Notes: generated from the sequence alone by a model not told the origin. Positions 35,684 to 45,971 are shown, counted from the first letter of the stretch. The stretch is 64,000 nucleotides of DNA from Candidatus Dormibacter sp. (GCA_039922495.1 JBDTEO010000015.1:844-64843), one strand, 5' to 3'. A program made the numbers and translations.

Positions 35684-35797
35684 GCGAGTTCAGACGATAG
35701 CAACGATCGTGGGTGGTGTTCTGGACCGAGGGTGGGGCTTATCGGGGCTCCCAGGACTCGCATTTGTTGACAACGTGTGGCTTTGATCACGATTCAG

Positions 35798-37225
35798 CTA
35801 TACAACGGCCCCGGCGTCCAGGCGTTTCGCCAGATCGAGGGTCGCAAGGCCCCGGACGCTGACGGTCGTTCGACGGCGCAGGATGTCATCAGGTGTCAGG
35901 GCCCATTCCTCCGCTCTTGCGTAGTCGGCCTGAGCCCAGATGTCCGGTCCATCGGGATGAATGCGCTCGAAGGCCTCCGGCCGCGATGCTGCCAGGGCCA
36001 GGTCGCGGTTGAGTTCACTGCCGTAAAGGTGCGCCAGATGCCAAAAGGTTTCGGGATCGATTCTCGCCGGTTTTGGAGGCAGCGCCTCGGATCCGGGGAG
36101 CCCCGTGTCATCTTGCCACCGGCGACGGAGACCATTCCGCCCGGGCCGACGGTGATGACATGCTCGCGCGGGGTGCTGGCGACATCGCTCGTCCCGAGTG
36201 GCAGGGCGCGGAGGCCGGCGAACGCGAACGCACCTTTTCACGACGGAGCACGGCGGCGGGTAGCGCGATCGATGCCTCGCGAAGGACCGAGGCAATATCC
36301 TCGTCAGTCGGGGCGGCGTCCGCGGGGTCGCCGTTGTAGGGGGTGTCCGTCGTGCCGAGAAGGAGCATGCCCTCCCAGGGAATCGCAAAGGTGACGCGCG
36401 TGTGGTCGAGCGGCACCGTCAGGGCCGCTTGCCAGGTGCCCTCAAGCGGCAGCGTGACGTGAATGCCCTTGCTCAACCGGATAGTCGGGCGCGCGGCCGG
36501 ATCCTCGAGCAGCCGGACGTGGTCGGTCCAGGGGCCGGAGGCGTTGATCACGGCGCGACAGCGCAGGTCGATGGTGCGGCCGTCATCGACTGCCGTGAGC
36601 GACGCGCCCACGATCTGCCCATTTGACCGACGGAGCTCGGTGACCCGCGCGTAATTGGCGACGACAGCGCCGACCCGCGCCGCGGCGGTCACGGTGGCGA
36701 TGCAGAGGCGGCTGTCGTTCGTCTGCGCGTCGAGGTAGAGGCCGCAGCCGCGAAGGCCCTCGGTTCGAAGCGACGAGACGAGCGCCTGGGCACGGGCCGG
36801 CGGGACGACGCGCGCCGTGCTCTCCCGAAATCCAGACATGGCAGAGTACAGCAGCAGTCCGGCGGCGAGCCGGGGGAGGCCGTAGAGAGGGGCACGAGGA
36901 AGGGGAGCCGGTTGACCAGGTGCGGGGCGACGTGGTGGAGGAGTGCCCGCCGTTCGAGATGCGCTTCGTGCACCAGGCCGAAGTCGTACATCGGCAGGTA
37001 GCGCAGGCCGCCGTGGATCATCTGGGACGAGGCACTGCTGGTAGCCCCGCCGAAGTCGCCGGCGTCGACGAGGGCGACCTGGAGTCCGGTTCGGGCCGCT
37101 TCAAAGGCGACGCGACTGCCGATGATGCCGCCCCCGATGACGAGCAGGTCGAAGGTGGTTGCGGCGAGCTGCTCGAGGGCCTGGGTGCGGCGGGCCTGTC
37201 CGGTGCGGCTCATCTCCGGCGTCAC
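35798..37225 (-). pseudogene. glpD: glycerol-3-phosphate dehydrogenase (GlpD/GlpA-like, FAD-dependent) broken by at least two frameshifts
   Basis: Three consecutive minus-strand ORFs (36689..37225, 36108..36839, 35798..36388) encode the N-terminal, middle and C-terminal GlpD segments. Each runs into Arg/Ser-rich nonsense. The first break lies at a CTCTCT dinucleotide run near 36890. Confidence 0.7.
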
Positions 37226-37261
37226 TCTACTGAACCGGAAATCGCTCTAGAATGGTCGCGC

Positions 37262-37348
37262 GCCGGGGTGACGGAATCGGTAGACGTTGGCGACTTAAAA
37301 TCGCCTGCCCGTAAGGGCGTCAGGGTTCGAGTCCCTGTCCCGGCACCA
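37262..37348 (+). tRNA. tRNA-Leu (anticodon TAA), 87 nt with long variable arm and encoded CCA
   Basis: Acceptor GCCGGGG/TCCCGGC; anticodon loop CTTAAAA; T-arm CAGGG-TTCGAGT-CCCTG; discriminator A then CCA. Confidence 0.9.
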
Positions 37349-37382
37349 GCCGCTACGCGACGGTGGGTACAGTAGGGACGCC

Positions 37383-38465
37383 ATGCTGGAGATCGTCGAG
37401 TACCTGGCCGGCGTCGGTGTGGTGCTCTTCAGCCTCAATGAGGTCTTTCAGACCGTCGTCGTCCCGCGGCCAACGCCGTCCCGCTTCCGGCTCGCCCGCT
37501 GGATCGTGGTTCCCGGCTGGCGTCTCTGGCGCAGGCTGGGCCTTCGCAAGCTGGAGTCGGGTAGCCGGGAGCGGATGCTCGGGACCTTCGCGCCTGCGAT
37601 CGTCGTCGTGCTGCTGGTCACCTGGATCGTTCTTTTGATCGGCGGGTTTGGCCTCCAGTTCTGGGCTTTCCGCCAACAGATCCACCCCCTGCTCAACAAC
37701 ATCGGTGATGCGATGTACTTCGCGGGGACGTCGGTCCTGACGATCGGCTTTGGCGACATCGTCGGCACCTCGGGGCTCGCCCGGCTGGTTGCGCTGGCGG
37801 CCGGTGCGTCCGGCCTGGGGACCATCGCGCTCGCGATCAGCTTTGTCTTTTCCTTGTATGCGTCGTTCCAGCGCCGAGAGGTGCTGGTGGTGATGCTGGA
37901 CGCCCGCGCCGGTGCTCCACCATCCGGCGTCAGCCTGCTGGAGGCCTATTCGAAGCTCGGGATTCGGGAAGATTTGCCGGCTTTCTTCGCCGAGTGGGAA
38001 CGGTGGTCGGCCGAAGTGCTCGACAGTCACCAGGCGTACCCGCTGCTGGCGTACTTTCGGTCGAGTCACGACAACGAGTCGTGGGTGAGCGCGCTCGGGG
38101 CTGTGCTCGACGCGGCCACACTGGCGCTGACCACCGTCGTCGACGCCCCGCGCGGGCCGGCGCAATTGATGTTCAGCATCGGCCGGCACGCGGTCGAAGA
38201 CCTGAGCCGGATCTTCCGGATCGACGGAGGACGGGAGGTCGGCGTCGAGCGCTACGAGTTCGACGAGGCGCGCGAGCGACTGGCCGCCGCCGGGTACATC
38301 TTGCTCGGACCGGAGGAATCCTGGATCGCCTTCTCGAAAATCCGCTCGCAATACGCCGGCAAGCTCAACGACATGGCGCGATGGTGGGCGGCGCCACCGA
38401 CCCAGTGGATCGGCGATCGCTCCTACGTCAAATTTGCGCGCGAGCGACACCAGGGCGCTGCGTAG
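37383..38465 (+). CDS. two-TM potassium channel family protein with cytoplasmic C-terminal domain
   Basis: Selectivity filter TIGFGD flanked by two TM helices. Confidence 0.75.
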   Translation: MLEIVEYLAGVGVVLFSLNEVFQTVVVPRPTPSRFRLARWIVVPGWRLWRRLGLRKLESGSRERMLGTFAPAIVVVLLVTWIVLLIGGFGLQFWAFRQQIHPLLNNIGDAMYFAGTSVLTIGFGDIVGTSGLARLVALAAGASGLGTIALAISFVFSLYASFQRREVLVVMLDARAGAPPSGVSLLEAYSKLGIREDLPAFFAEWERWSAEVLDSHQAYPLLAYFRSSHDNESWVSALGAVLDAATLALTTVVDAPRGPAQLMFSIGRHAVEDLSRIFRIDGGREVGVERYEFDEARERLAAAGYILLGPEESWIAFSKIRSQYAGKLNDMARWWAAPPTQWIGDRSYVKFARERHQGAA

Positions 38466-38478
38466 CCCGTTTTGCTAG

Positions 38479-39267
38479 TCAGGCCGCGAAGGCCGTCGGC
38501 GGGTCGCCGTGGAGGCGAAGGTAGAACGCGGTCGAAAGCGTGAACGGGACGAGCACGTTCAGGTCCAGATCGGCCGGACGCTTCGCAATGCCGGCGAACA
38601 GCTCCGGAAGCAGGCGGCGCTGCATCGGCTCGGCGATGCGCTGGATGGTGAAGGCATCCGAGGCGCGGACGCTAGCCGCCGCCCCATTCCAGACCGTCTT
38701 GCCATCTTCCAGCTGGCGCCACTCGGCCAGCAGGACCCCCTGCGCGGCGCACAACGCGAGCGCCTGGTTGAGACGATTCACCCCTTCGGGTAGCAGCTCG
38801 GCCCCCCGCGCGGCGAGCAACGCCAGCGCGCCGTTGACCGCCGTCTCGACGTTTGGCCAGGACTCAGCGTCGGCGGCCGCGTGACTCAGGAGGTCAGGCG
38901 CGTCGAGAATTCGCTTGGCGCGGCCCAGGGCGAGGCCGTCCAGCTGGCCACGCAGGCCTCCGTCGAGGGCCAGGTGGCCAAGCGGCGGCGCATGCCCGAG
39001 GAATTGCTCCACCTGGGGCTGGGCCCAGGCGATCACCGGGTCCTCGCTCGGACGCGGCAGCTCGGTGTGCTGGACAGAAGGCCGCCATCCGGTGCTGGTT
39101 CGCGCCCTGGTGGCGGATTTGCGGGCTCGGCGAGGCAAGACCACCGCGGCCACGACACCCAGCGCCAGGACCAGGATGGTCGGGAGGACGCCGAGGCGGG
39201 CCAGCGCCAGGAAGCCGGCCAGGACGGTGGCGGCGAGGATCGCCGGACGGGTGGTCAGCCTGGACAC
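38479..39267 (-). CDS. hypothetical membrane-anchored protein (2 N-terminal TM plus soluble domain)
   Basis: 262-aa ORF with coding-like composition; no recognised motif. Confidence 0.45.
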   Translation of the reverse strand: MSRLTTRPAILAATVLAGFLALARLGVLPTILVLALGVVAAVVLPRRARKSATRARTSTGWRPSVQHTELPRPSEDPVIAWAQPQVEQFLGHAPPLGHLALDGGLRGQLDGLALGRAKRILDAPDLLSHAAADAESWPNVETAVNGALALLAARGAELLPEGVNRLNQALALCAAQGVLLAEWRQLEDGKTVWNGAAASVRASDAFTIQRIAEPMQRRLLPELFAGIAKRPADLDLNVLVPFTLSTAFYLRLHGDPPTAFAA

Positions 39268-39330
39268 GCCCCTATAACGGCAGCGGGCTGGATCTCTCGC
39301 ATACCCGAAGTGGGCGGGTCGCCCTGGCTG

Positions 39331-40524
39331 TTAGTTAAGGTTGCGATACAGGGTCGCGATGCCCTGGCCGCCGCCGATGCACATCGTTACGATGCCCCAT
39401 TCTTTCTGCTGGCGCTTGAGCTCATAGGCGAGCTTGACGGTCAGGATGGCGCCGGTGGCGCCGACCGGGTGGCCGAGCGCGATCGCGCCGCCGTTGGGAT
39501 TGACCTTCTCCGGATCGATCTCTAGCTCGCGGATCACCGCGACCGCCTGGGCGGCGAAGGCCTCGTTGAGCTCCATCAGGTCGATGTCGTTGATGGTCAG
39601 GCCGACCTTCTTCAAGAGATTCTGGACGGCAAAGATGGGGGCGACGCCCATGATCTCGGGGCTGATCGCCGCGACGGCATCGGCGACCCACTCCAGCTGG
39701 GCCTGGACACCAAGCTCATCCGCCTTGGATTTCTTCATGACGACGACGGCCGCGCCGGCGTCGTTGATGCCCGAGGAGTTGCCGGCGGTGACAGTGCCGC
39801 CCTCACGAAACGCCGGCTTGAGACGGCCAAGTGACTCTTTCGTCGTGCCGGCGCGCGGATGCTCATCCAGCGTGGCCACGACCGGTTCGCCTTTCTTTAC
39901 AGGGATCTCGACGGGCGTGATCTGCTCCTTGAAGCGGCCCTCGCTGATCGCCACCGCAGCGCGTCGCTGGCTTTCCGCCGCGAACGCATCCTGCGATTCC
40001 CGCGAAACGCCGTAGCGGTCGGCGACCTTCTCCGCGGTGCAACCCATCGGGTAGCGGCCAAAGGGATCGGTGACGAGCGACAGGGTACCGTCGATCAGCG
40101 CCGCCTCGCCCAGGCGCCAGCCGACCTGCGCACGCGGGAGGAGGTAGGGCTGGATCGACATGTTCTCGTTGCCGCCGGCGACCACCACCTGGACCTCGCC
40201 CTGACGGATCTCGTGGACCGCGCTGTTGATCGCCTGCAGGCCGGAGCCGCAGAGCCGGTTGACGTTGTAGGCCGTCGTGCTCTCGGGGAGCCCGGCCTTG
40301 AGCGTGGCGAGTCTCGCGTTGAAGGCGTCCTCGCCGACCTGGCCGACGCAACCGAGGATGACCTCATCCACGGCGGCCGGCTGGATCCCGGCTCGCGTGA
40401 CCGCCGACCGGACGGCGGCGGCGCCGAGATCCGAGGTCGGCAAATCCTTGAATGAGCCAGCGAACTTCCCAATCGCGGTCCGTGTGGCGCCGGCGACGAC
40501 GACGGGATCCGCGTTCACGCTCAC
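39331..40524 (-). CDS. acetyl-CoA C-acetyltransferase (thiolase II)
   Basis: NRLCGSGLQA active-site Cys region; C-terminal GHPVGATG and CIGGGQG motifs. Confidence 0.9.
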   Translation of the reverse strand: MSVNADPVVVAGATRTAIGKFAGSFKDLPTSDLGAAAVRSAVTRAGIQPAAVDEVILGCVGQVGEDAFNARLATLKAGLPESTTAYNVNRLCGSGLQAINSAVHEIRQGEVQVVVAGGNENMSIQPYLLPRAQVGWRLGEAALIDGTLSLVTDPFGRYPMGCTAEKVADRYGVSRESQDAFAAESQRRAAVAISEGRFKEQITPVEIPVKKGEPVVATLDEHPRAGTTKESLGRLKPAFREGGTVTAGNSSGINDAGAAVVVMKKSKADELGVQAQLEWVADAVAAISPEIMGVAPIFAVQNLLKKVGLTINDIDLMELNEAFAAQAVAVIRELEIDPEKVNPNGGAIALGHPVGATGAILTVKLAYELKRQQKEWGIVTMCIGGGQGIATLYRNLN

Positions 40525-40565
40525 GACCTTATTTTATGCGTCGCCGTGGCGCGGACCGGAGGCCG

Positions 40566-40880
40566 TTAGACGCCCGGGCCGGGGACGCTGCCGCCGACGC
40601 TCGCCGGACCGGTGTAGGACGTGCTCGAACTGTTGCCCGTTCCGCGGTTCGTGATCTTTTGCGCCTGCTGCTGGGCCTTCGAAATACCGCGCTCCACCTG
40701 CGGTCGCGCGGACTCGACGACGCCCTGCGCCTGATCGATGACCGGCTGCATCTGTCCCCGCATCTGGTCGAGCTTGTCGGTCAAGTCCGAGCGCATCTCG
40801 CGACCCGGCTTAGGGGCGTACATCAGGGCAACCGCGCCACCGATGACCAACCCGTGCATCACACCTCTGAGATATCCCAT
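40566..40880 (-). CDS. YtxH-domain general stress protein
   Basis: N-terminal GxxxGxxxG amphipathic helix then APKPGREMR; Gln-rich coiled region. Confidence 0.55.
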   Translation of the reverse strand: MGYLRGVMHGLVIGGAVALMYAPKPGREMRSDLTDKLDQMRGQMQPVIDQAQGVVESARPQVERGISKAQQQAQKITNRGTGNSSSTSYTGPASVGGSVPGPGV

Positions 40881-41652
40881 GGCTTCCTCCTGAACGTGGC
40901 GGGCAACGGCCGCCGATGACCTACCGACCGTAGCTTAACATGGCCAGTGGGGTTTTTGTGATATTGCCGTTATCAGTTCTCGGGCCGCGAGGGCGTCGAG
41001 TGATGCGTCAGGCGCTGGCCGGCTCGAGGGCAGCCGGCACCGCGACGGCAGGTGCCGGGGCGGTCCTGGGCGCGGCGCGGACCAGCCGGCGGACGCCGCG
41101 GACCGACAGGTCGAGTCCTGCGTGGAGCACCACGGCGCTGAGACAGCAGGTGCTGTAGAGGAAGACCTCAGGGATCCTGGCTCGTAGGAAGGGGACGCCG
41201 GCGGCGAGCCCGGCCATCAGCACCCCGACGGCGACGAGAGCGGCCAATAGCTCGATTGCTCTGGTCTCGGTCCATTCACGTGCGCCCATGCTTGCTGGAA
41301 TGGATATAGGGCAAGTGTCAAGAAAAGTCAACACAAAGGCAAATTTCGTCAACCGTGCTGGCCGATGCCGCGCTCCGTGGCCCGGTCGACGAGCGGGCGG
41401 CCGTCGGTGCCGTCGAAGAGGTGGACCTAGAACGGCGCCCCGGCCGACATCCTCGCCAGCGTCACGCCGGTGGCGACCCGGCGTCGCGGTTGGTTCTGCG
41501 CCCGGCCCGCGGCCCCATTCCCGGAAGGCATCGTCGAGTGCTTCGAGTGCTTCGAGCGCGTCGCCGCCGTCGACCAGCTGCCGCACACCCGCTTCGCGCA
41601 GCAGCAGGGGCATCTAGAGGATTATGTCGGCATCGACCCGATCGACGCCGCC

Positions 41653-42102
41653 GTGCGACGCAAGATTACCCGCGCCCGGCTCGGGCACTTTGCGACCTCC
41701 GACGGATCGAGCCCGTCGGTGGTACCGGTCTGCTTTGTCTTGATCGGGTCGGCGGCCTATCACGCCATCGACCACAAGCCAAAGCGGCACGGACCCGCCG
41801 CCCTGCGCCGGGTTCGGAATGTGCAGGCGAACCCGAACGCCGTGCTGCTCATCGATCACTACGACGAACGCTGGCAACGACTCTGGTGGGTGACGCTGCG
41901 CGGAGCATCGAGGCTGCTCCAGGAGGGTGCCGAACATCGCCAGGCGTTGGTGGCGCTCCGGCGGAAATATCCGCAGTACCGGGAGGAGTGGCCGCTCGAT
42001 CCCGGCGCGCTGGTTATCGCGCTAGATGTACGGCGGCTACGGTACTGGCAGTCCAGCTCACCCGTCCGCCGCCGCGCGCGCCGCCCGGGTCCTGGGGCAT
42101 GA
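41653..42102 (+). CDS. PPOX-class (pyridoxamine 5-phosphate oxidase-like) probable F420-dependent enzyme
   Basis: KITRARLGHFATSDGSSPSVVPVCFVL...WQRLWWVTLRG matches PPOX-class F420-binding split-barrel proteins. GTG 13 codons upstream of the conserved core. Confidence 0.6.
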   Translation: MRRKITRARLGHFATSDGSSPSVVPVCFVLIGSAAYHAIDHKPKRHGPAALRRVRNVQANPNAVLLIDHYDERWQRLWWVTLRGASRLLQEGAEHRQALVALRRKYPQYREEWPLDPGALVIALDVRRLRYWQSSSPVRRRARRPGPGA

Positions 42103-42706
42103 AGGTGCGGATCGAGAGAATGCCAGTCGACGGGTCGCCGTAGCGTTCGTTGAAGCGGACGCTGTCGTTGAACCACGGATCGTTGGCGGTCAACCCTCCT
42201 TCCGTCGAGTAGCCGGTGAGCAGGATGAAGTGCTGGTTGCCACCGAGGCTGACCTCGGCGACGACCGGACGGCCCGCATCCAACTCGGTGTGAATCACAT
42301 CCAGGTCGGGGCCGAGCCAGCCGGAGAAGGCGACCCTACCGCGCGAGTAGCCATCGATCGAGCTCCAGAGGAGCTGATCATCGTTGAGGTACCCGCCGTT
42401 GCCGTTGAGCCAGCTGTTGAAGGCGCCGGGATCGGTGTTTATGCCGTAGTAGCGAAGCATCATGGTGACCGAGGTAATGGCGCAGCCGGCCGAGGCGATT
42501 GTGTCGGTGGGGGAAAACCCAAGCGGAGCGCCGCCCCAAGCACCATCCTGCTGGCCCATCACCGGAACACTCATGCTGCTGTCGGCCGCGACCGCCTGCT
42601 GGCCAGCAACCATGATCGTCGCCGCGAGGCCCAGCGAGAGCCCGATCAGGCGGAGTCGACCCACGATCAATTTCACTCTGTGATAACTGATTTGGACGGC
42701 ATGCAC
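42014..42706 (-). CDS. secreted papain-like cysteine peptidase (C39-like / Peptidase_C39_2 domain)
   Basis: Signal peptide then SAGCAITSVTMMLRYYG (catalytic Cys) ... GNQHFILLTGY (His). Confidence 0.6.
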   Translation of the reverse strand: MHAVQISYHRVKLIVGRLRLIGLSLGLAATIMVAGQQAVAADSSMSVPVMGQQDGAWGGAPLGFSPTDTIASAGCAITSVTMMLRYYGINTDPGAFNSWLNGNGGYLNDDQLLWSSIDGYSRGRVAFSGWLGPDLDVIHTELDAGRPVVAEVSLGGNQHFILLTGYSTEGGLTANDPWFNDSVRFNERYGDPSTGILSIRTFMPQDPGGARGGGRVSWTASTVAAVHLAR

Positions 42707-43304
42707 AGGACGGCATCTTGGATCGACTTCGCCTGGTAAACAATCGAACCGGCTGGCCTAACCTCCGCGATCGGAGCGGGGGTACAAGCGACCTCTTCCG
42801 GTGGGGCGTAAACGCGGCCGGTTTACGGCATTGCCCACGTCCCTGTAACAGTTTCTGGACGCAGCGTGGAACTCGAGGTCGGCGGCTGTGAACATCTGGG
42901 ATACAGGTTCGCGAAAAGGGCACAGCGGCCCTGGGTGCTTTCTGCTGACGGTGCCCGCACCCATGCGTCAGGCTGGAGGCATCAGGCGAAAGGAGGCCGG
43001 TGGGCGGAAAGGAGACGTCACCGAGTTGTTACTCGGCCGGCGAGGGTGCGATCAGGCCGCTTGCTTGCGTGGGGCAGAGGCCCGGGCGCGGGCACGCTCG
43101 ATGCGCTTCTCTTTGGCGACGCGGCCGCGGCGAACGTGGGGCTTCATCAACGGGTACAACTGCAAAGCGTGACCTGGCTTGCGTGGCTGGGCACGCGCCG
43201 ACGGGACAGGGACGGTACAGCCAGCGCCCGATTGCTCCAGGCAGTCCAATTGGAGTTCAATGCCCTTAGGCATTGTTAACATGGCAACGCATGAGTGACC
43301 CGGC

Positions 43305-44288
43305 ATGAGTGCCACCATGACGAGCACGGACTTCATCCAGCCGATCCGTGAGGAACTGGCCGACTTCGAGACGCGCCTTCATGCGACGGTCCAGGCGGAC
43401 CTGGGGCCGCTGGCGGAGGCCATGGAACAGGTACTGGACGCGGGCGGAAAGCGGCTGCGTCCGGCGCTCGTCTTCTTGAGCGCCAGCCTGGGCAAGCCGC
43501 GATCGGTCGATGACGTCCACCGCGCCGCCATGGCGCTGGAGTTCATTCACAACGCCACGTTGGTCCACGATGACCTGATCGATCGGGCGCCAACCCGTCG
43601 GGGATTGCGGACCATCCACGAGACGCTGGGGCCGAACCCGGCGATCATCATCGGCGACTACTACTTCGCCAAGGGTGCCAACCTGATGTCCCAGATCGGC
43701 ATCCCGAGTATCGATGCCCTGCTCTCGCAGACGGTGATGACGATCTGCTTTGGCGAGATGCTCCAGCTGACCAGCCAGCGTCGCTACGATCAGTCGGTCG
43801 ACGAGTACTACGAGAAGATCGAGCGGAAGACGGCGGCGCTGCTAGCGGCATCGACGTTCTGTGGGGCGACGCTCGGCGGCCTGCGACCCGCCCAGGTCGA
43901 AGCGCTGCGGCATTTCGGACGTTTCCTTGGGATGTCGTTCCAGATCGCGGATGACGTCCTCGACTACCTCGCGACCGAGGAAGAGGTGGGCAAGCCCGTC
44001 GGCAACGACCTGAAACAAGGCACGGTGACGCTGCCGCTGATGCTGGCGCTCGAGGACGCGGGCGTTGGCCCGGAGCTCAAGGCGATCCTGGCCCGCCCGG
44101 TGCTGACGGACGCCGATTACGCCGAGGTGGTCAGCGTGGTCCGCCGATCGACCGGCATCGAGCAGTCGTATGAGCACGCGCTGCGCTTCGGGGAGCAGGC
44201 GCGGGCCGAACTGTCGGCGGTACCACCCTCGGCCTGCCGCGATGCGCTCGAGGTCCTGACCTCGTACGTCGTCAGCCGTCGGAGCTGA
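43305..44288 (+). CDS. polyprenyl diphosphate synthase (trans-IPPS, HepT/IspB/GGPPS-like)
   Basis: First DDxxD (LVHDDLIDRAPTRRG) and second DDxxD (FQIADDVLDY) motifs. Confidence 0.85.
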   Translation: MSATMTSTDFIQPIREELADFETRLHATVQADLGPLAEAMEQVLDAGGKRLRPALVFLSASLGKPRSVDDVHRAAMALEFIHNATLVHDDLIDRAPTRRGLRTIHETLGPNPAIIIGDYYFAKGANLMSQIGIPSIDALLSQTVMTICFGEMLQLTSQRRYDQSVDEYYEKIERKTAALLAASTFCGATLGGLRPAQVEALRHFGRFLGMSFQIADDVLDYLATEEEVGKPVGNDLKQGTVTLPLMLALEDAGVGPELKAILARPVLTDADYAEVVSVVRRSTGIEQSYEHALRFGEQARAELSAVPPSACRDALEVLTSYVVSRRS

Positions 44289-44303
44289 GCGGGGGGCGGC
44301 CCG

Positions 44304-45971
44304 ATGAGGTTCCGGGTTGCGACCCGTGGCAGCAAGCTCGCCATAGCCCAGTCGCGGCTCGCGGTGGAGGCGCTCACCCGGCGCTATCCGCAGCATGATT
44401 TCCGGCTGCAGCCAATCGAGACGCAGGGCGATCGACGCCAGTCCTTGGCCCTGACCAGCGCCCCGCAGGAGGGCGTCTTCGTCAAGGAGCTCGAGGCGGC
44501 GCTCCTGCAGGGTCGGGCCGAGCTGGCGGTGCACTCGCTGAAGGACCTGCCAACCCAGGAGAGGGCGGGCTTGACGCTCGCCGCCTATCTACCGCGCGCG
44601 GATGCCCGTGATGTCCTGGTCAGCCGCGATGGCTCGCGCTTGATGACGCTGGCCGCCGGCTCGCGGGTGGGAACCGGCAGCCCGCGGCGAGTGGCGCAGC
44701 TGCGCGCGGTGCGTGCCGATCTTCTTCCAGTGCCGATCCGCGGGAATGTCGACACCCGGCTCGGGAAGGTGGCCGATGGGGCGGTCGACGCCGTGGTCCT
44801 CGCCGCCGCCGGGGTGGAGCGGTTGGGGCGCGGTGGCGAGGTGCACGAGCTGTTGCCCTTCGAGGTGATGCTCCCCGCGCCCGGCCAGGGTGCGCTGGTT
44901 CTCCAAACAGTCGAGGACAGTGAGGTCGCACGGCTGGTGGAGGCCGTCGACGATCGTGCCACCCGGCGGGCGGTCGAGGCGGAGCGCGCGGTTCTTCGCG
45001 GTCTCGGTGGGGGATGCCTCTCCGCCATCGGCGCCTACGCGGTTGTCGAGGGGGGCGAGCTTCGCCTGCAGGCGGCGGTCCTGACCGAAGACGGCGGACG
45101 CGTCGCACGGGCGACCGCCGGCGGCACGGACGATGCGCGGGTGATCGCCGATGTGATAGCCGGCCTCCGCGGTCAGGGGGCGCTCGGTCTGCTCGGTCTC
45201 GATGATGGGTCGCTTGGCGACAGCCTTCGCGGGCTGCGGGTGCTGGTCACGCGGCCGGAGGCGCAGGCCGGGGAGCTGAGCCGGCTGCTGATGGATCGCG
45301 GGGCCGAGGTCATCCCCTGCCCGGTGATCGTCATCGAGCCGCTGCCCGTTGATCTCACCCGACTGCGGCTGCTCGACGACTACGACTGGGTCGTGTTCAC
45401 AAGTGCGAACGGCGTCGAGCGGTTCTTGACGCTGCTGGCCGAGGCTGGGATGGCTGTGCCGGCCTCGGTCCGGATTGCCGCGATCGGTCCGGAGACCGCG
45501 GCGCGCCTGGAGCAGCGCGGCCTGACGGTGGCGATCGTTCCGGAGCAGTACCTGGCCGAAGGCCTGGCCGAGGCGATGCCGGCGACCCTGATGAGCGGGG
45601 CGCGGGTCTTGCTCCCACGCGCGGCCGGCGCTCGCGATGTGCTGCCTGATCGCCTTCGGGCCCAGGGCGCCACGGTAACGGTCATCGAGACCTATCGGGC
45701 GGTCCCCCCGCCGGGGCTGGCGCAGCGGTTAGCGGCGCTCCTACCCGGCGTCGACATGGTGACGCTGACGAGCTCGTCGACCGTCCGGAATTTCGCGGCA
45801 GCGGTTTCCGAGGGATCGATGCCCGCGGAGTTCCGCGTGGCGTGCATCGGGCCGATCACCGCCGCGACCGCCCGCGAGCTCGGGTTGCCGGTTGATATCA
45901 TCGCGGTGGAGTACACGGCGCGCGGGCTGGTCGACGCCCTGGTGCGCCACCGGATGTCCATTCGAGCATGA
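44304..45971 (+). CDS. hemCD: bifunctional hydroxymethylbilane synthase / uroporphyrinogen-III synthase (HemC-HemD fusion)
   Basis: N-terminal HemC motifs (RGSKLAIAQS..., cofactor Cys GGCLSAIGAYA); C-terminal about 250 aa HemD-like (LRVLVTRPEAQA...VACIGPITA). Confidence 0.85.
   Translation: MRFRVATRGSKLAIAQSRLAVEALTRRYPQHDFRLQPIETQGDRRQSLALTSAPQEGVFVKELEAALLQGRAELAVHSLKDLPTQERAGLTLAAYLPRADARDVLVSRDGSRLMTLAAGSRVGTGSPRRVAQLRAVRADLLPVPIRGNVDTRLGKVADGAVDAVVLAAAGVERLGRGGEVHELLPFEVMLPAPGQGALVLQTVEDSEVARLVEAVDDRATRRAVEAERAVLRGLGGGCLSAIGAYAVVEGGELRLQAAVLTEDGGRVARATAGGTDDARVIADVIAGLRGQGALGLLGLDDGSLGDSLRGLRVLVTRPEAQAGELSRLLMDRGAEVIPCPVIVIEPLPVDLTRLRLLDDYDWVVFTSANGVERFLTLLAEAGMAVPASVRIAAIGPETAARLEQRGLTVAIVPEQYLAEGLAEAMPATLMSGARVLLPRAAGARDVLPDRLRAQGATVTVIETYRAVPPPGLAQRLAALLPGVDMVTLTSSSTVRNFAAAVSEGSMPAEFRVACIGPITAATARELGLPVDIIAVEYTARGLVDALVRHRMSIRA

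Noticed and set aside
41008-41613. 201-aa minus-strand ORF as a full-length gene.
   Set aside because: The N-terminal 100 aa are Arg/Gly/Pro-rich nonsense antisense to the PPOX-like gene region. At most the C-terminal 94 aa (from MGAREW, about 41290) look like a small 2-TM protein. This is too uncertain to list.
43052-43336. 94-aa minus ORF as a ribosomal protein gene (L34/L36/S21-like basic tail).
   Set aside because: The sequence does not match any ribosomal protein consensus I can recall. Only the last 31 aa look peptide-like. It is kept as a possible small basic peptide in a finding, not as a feature.
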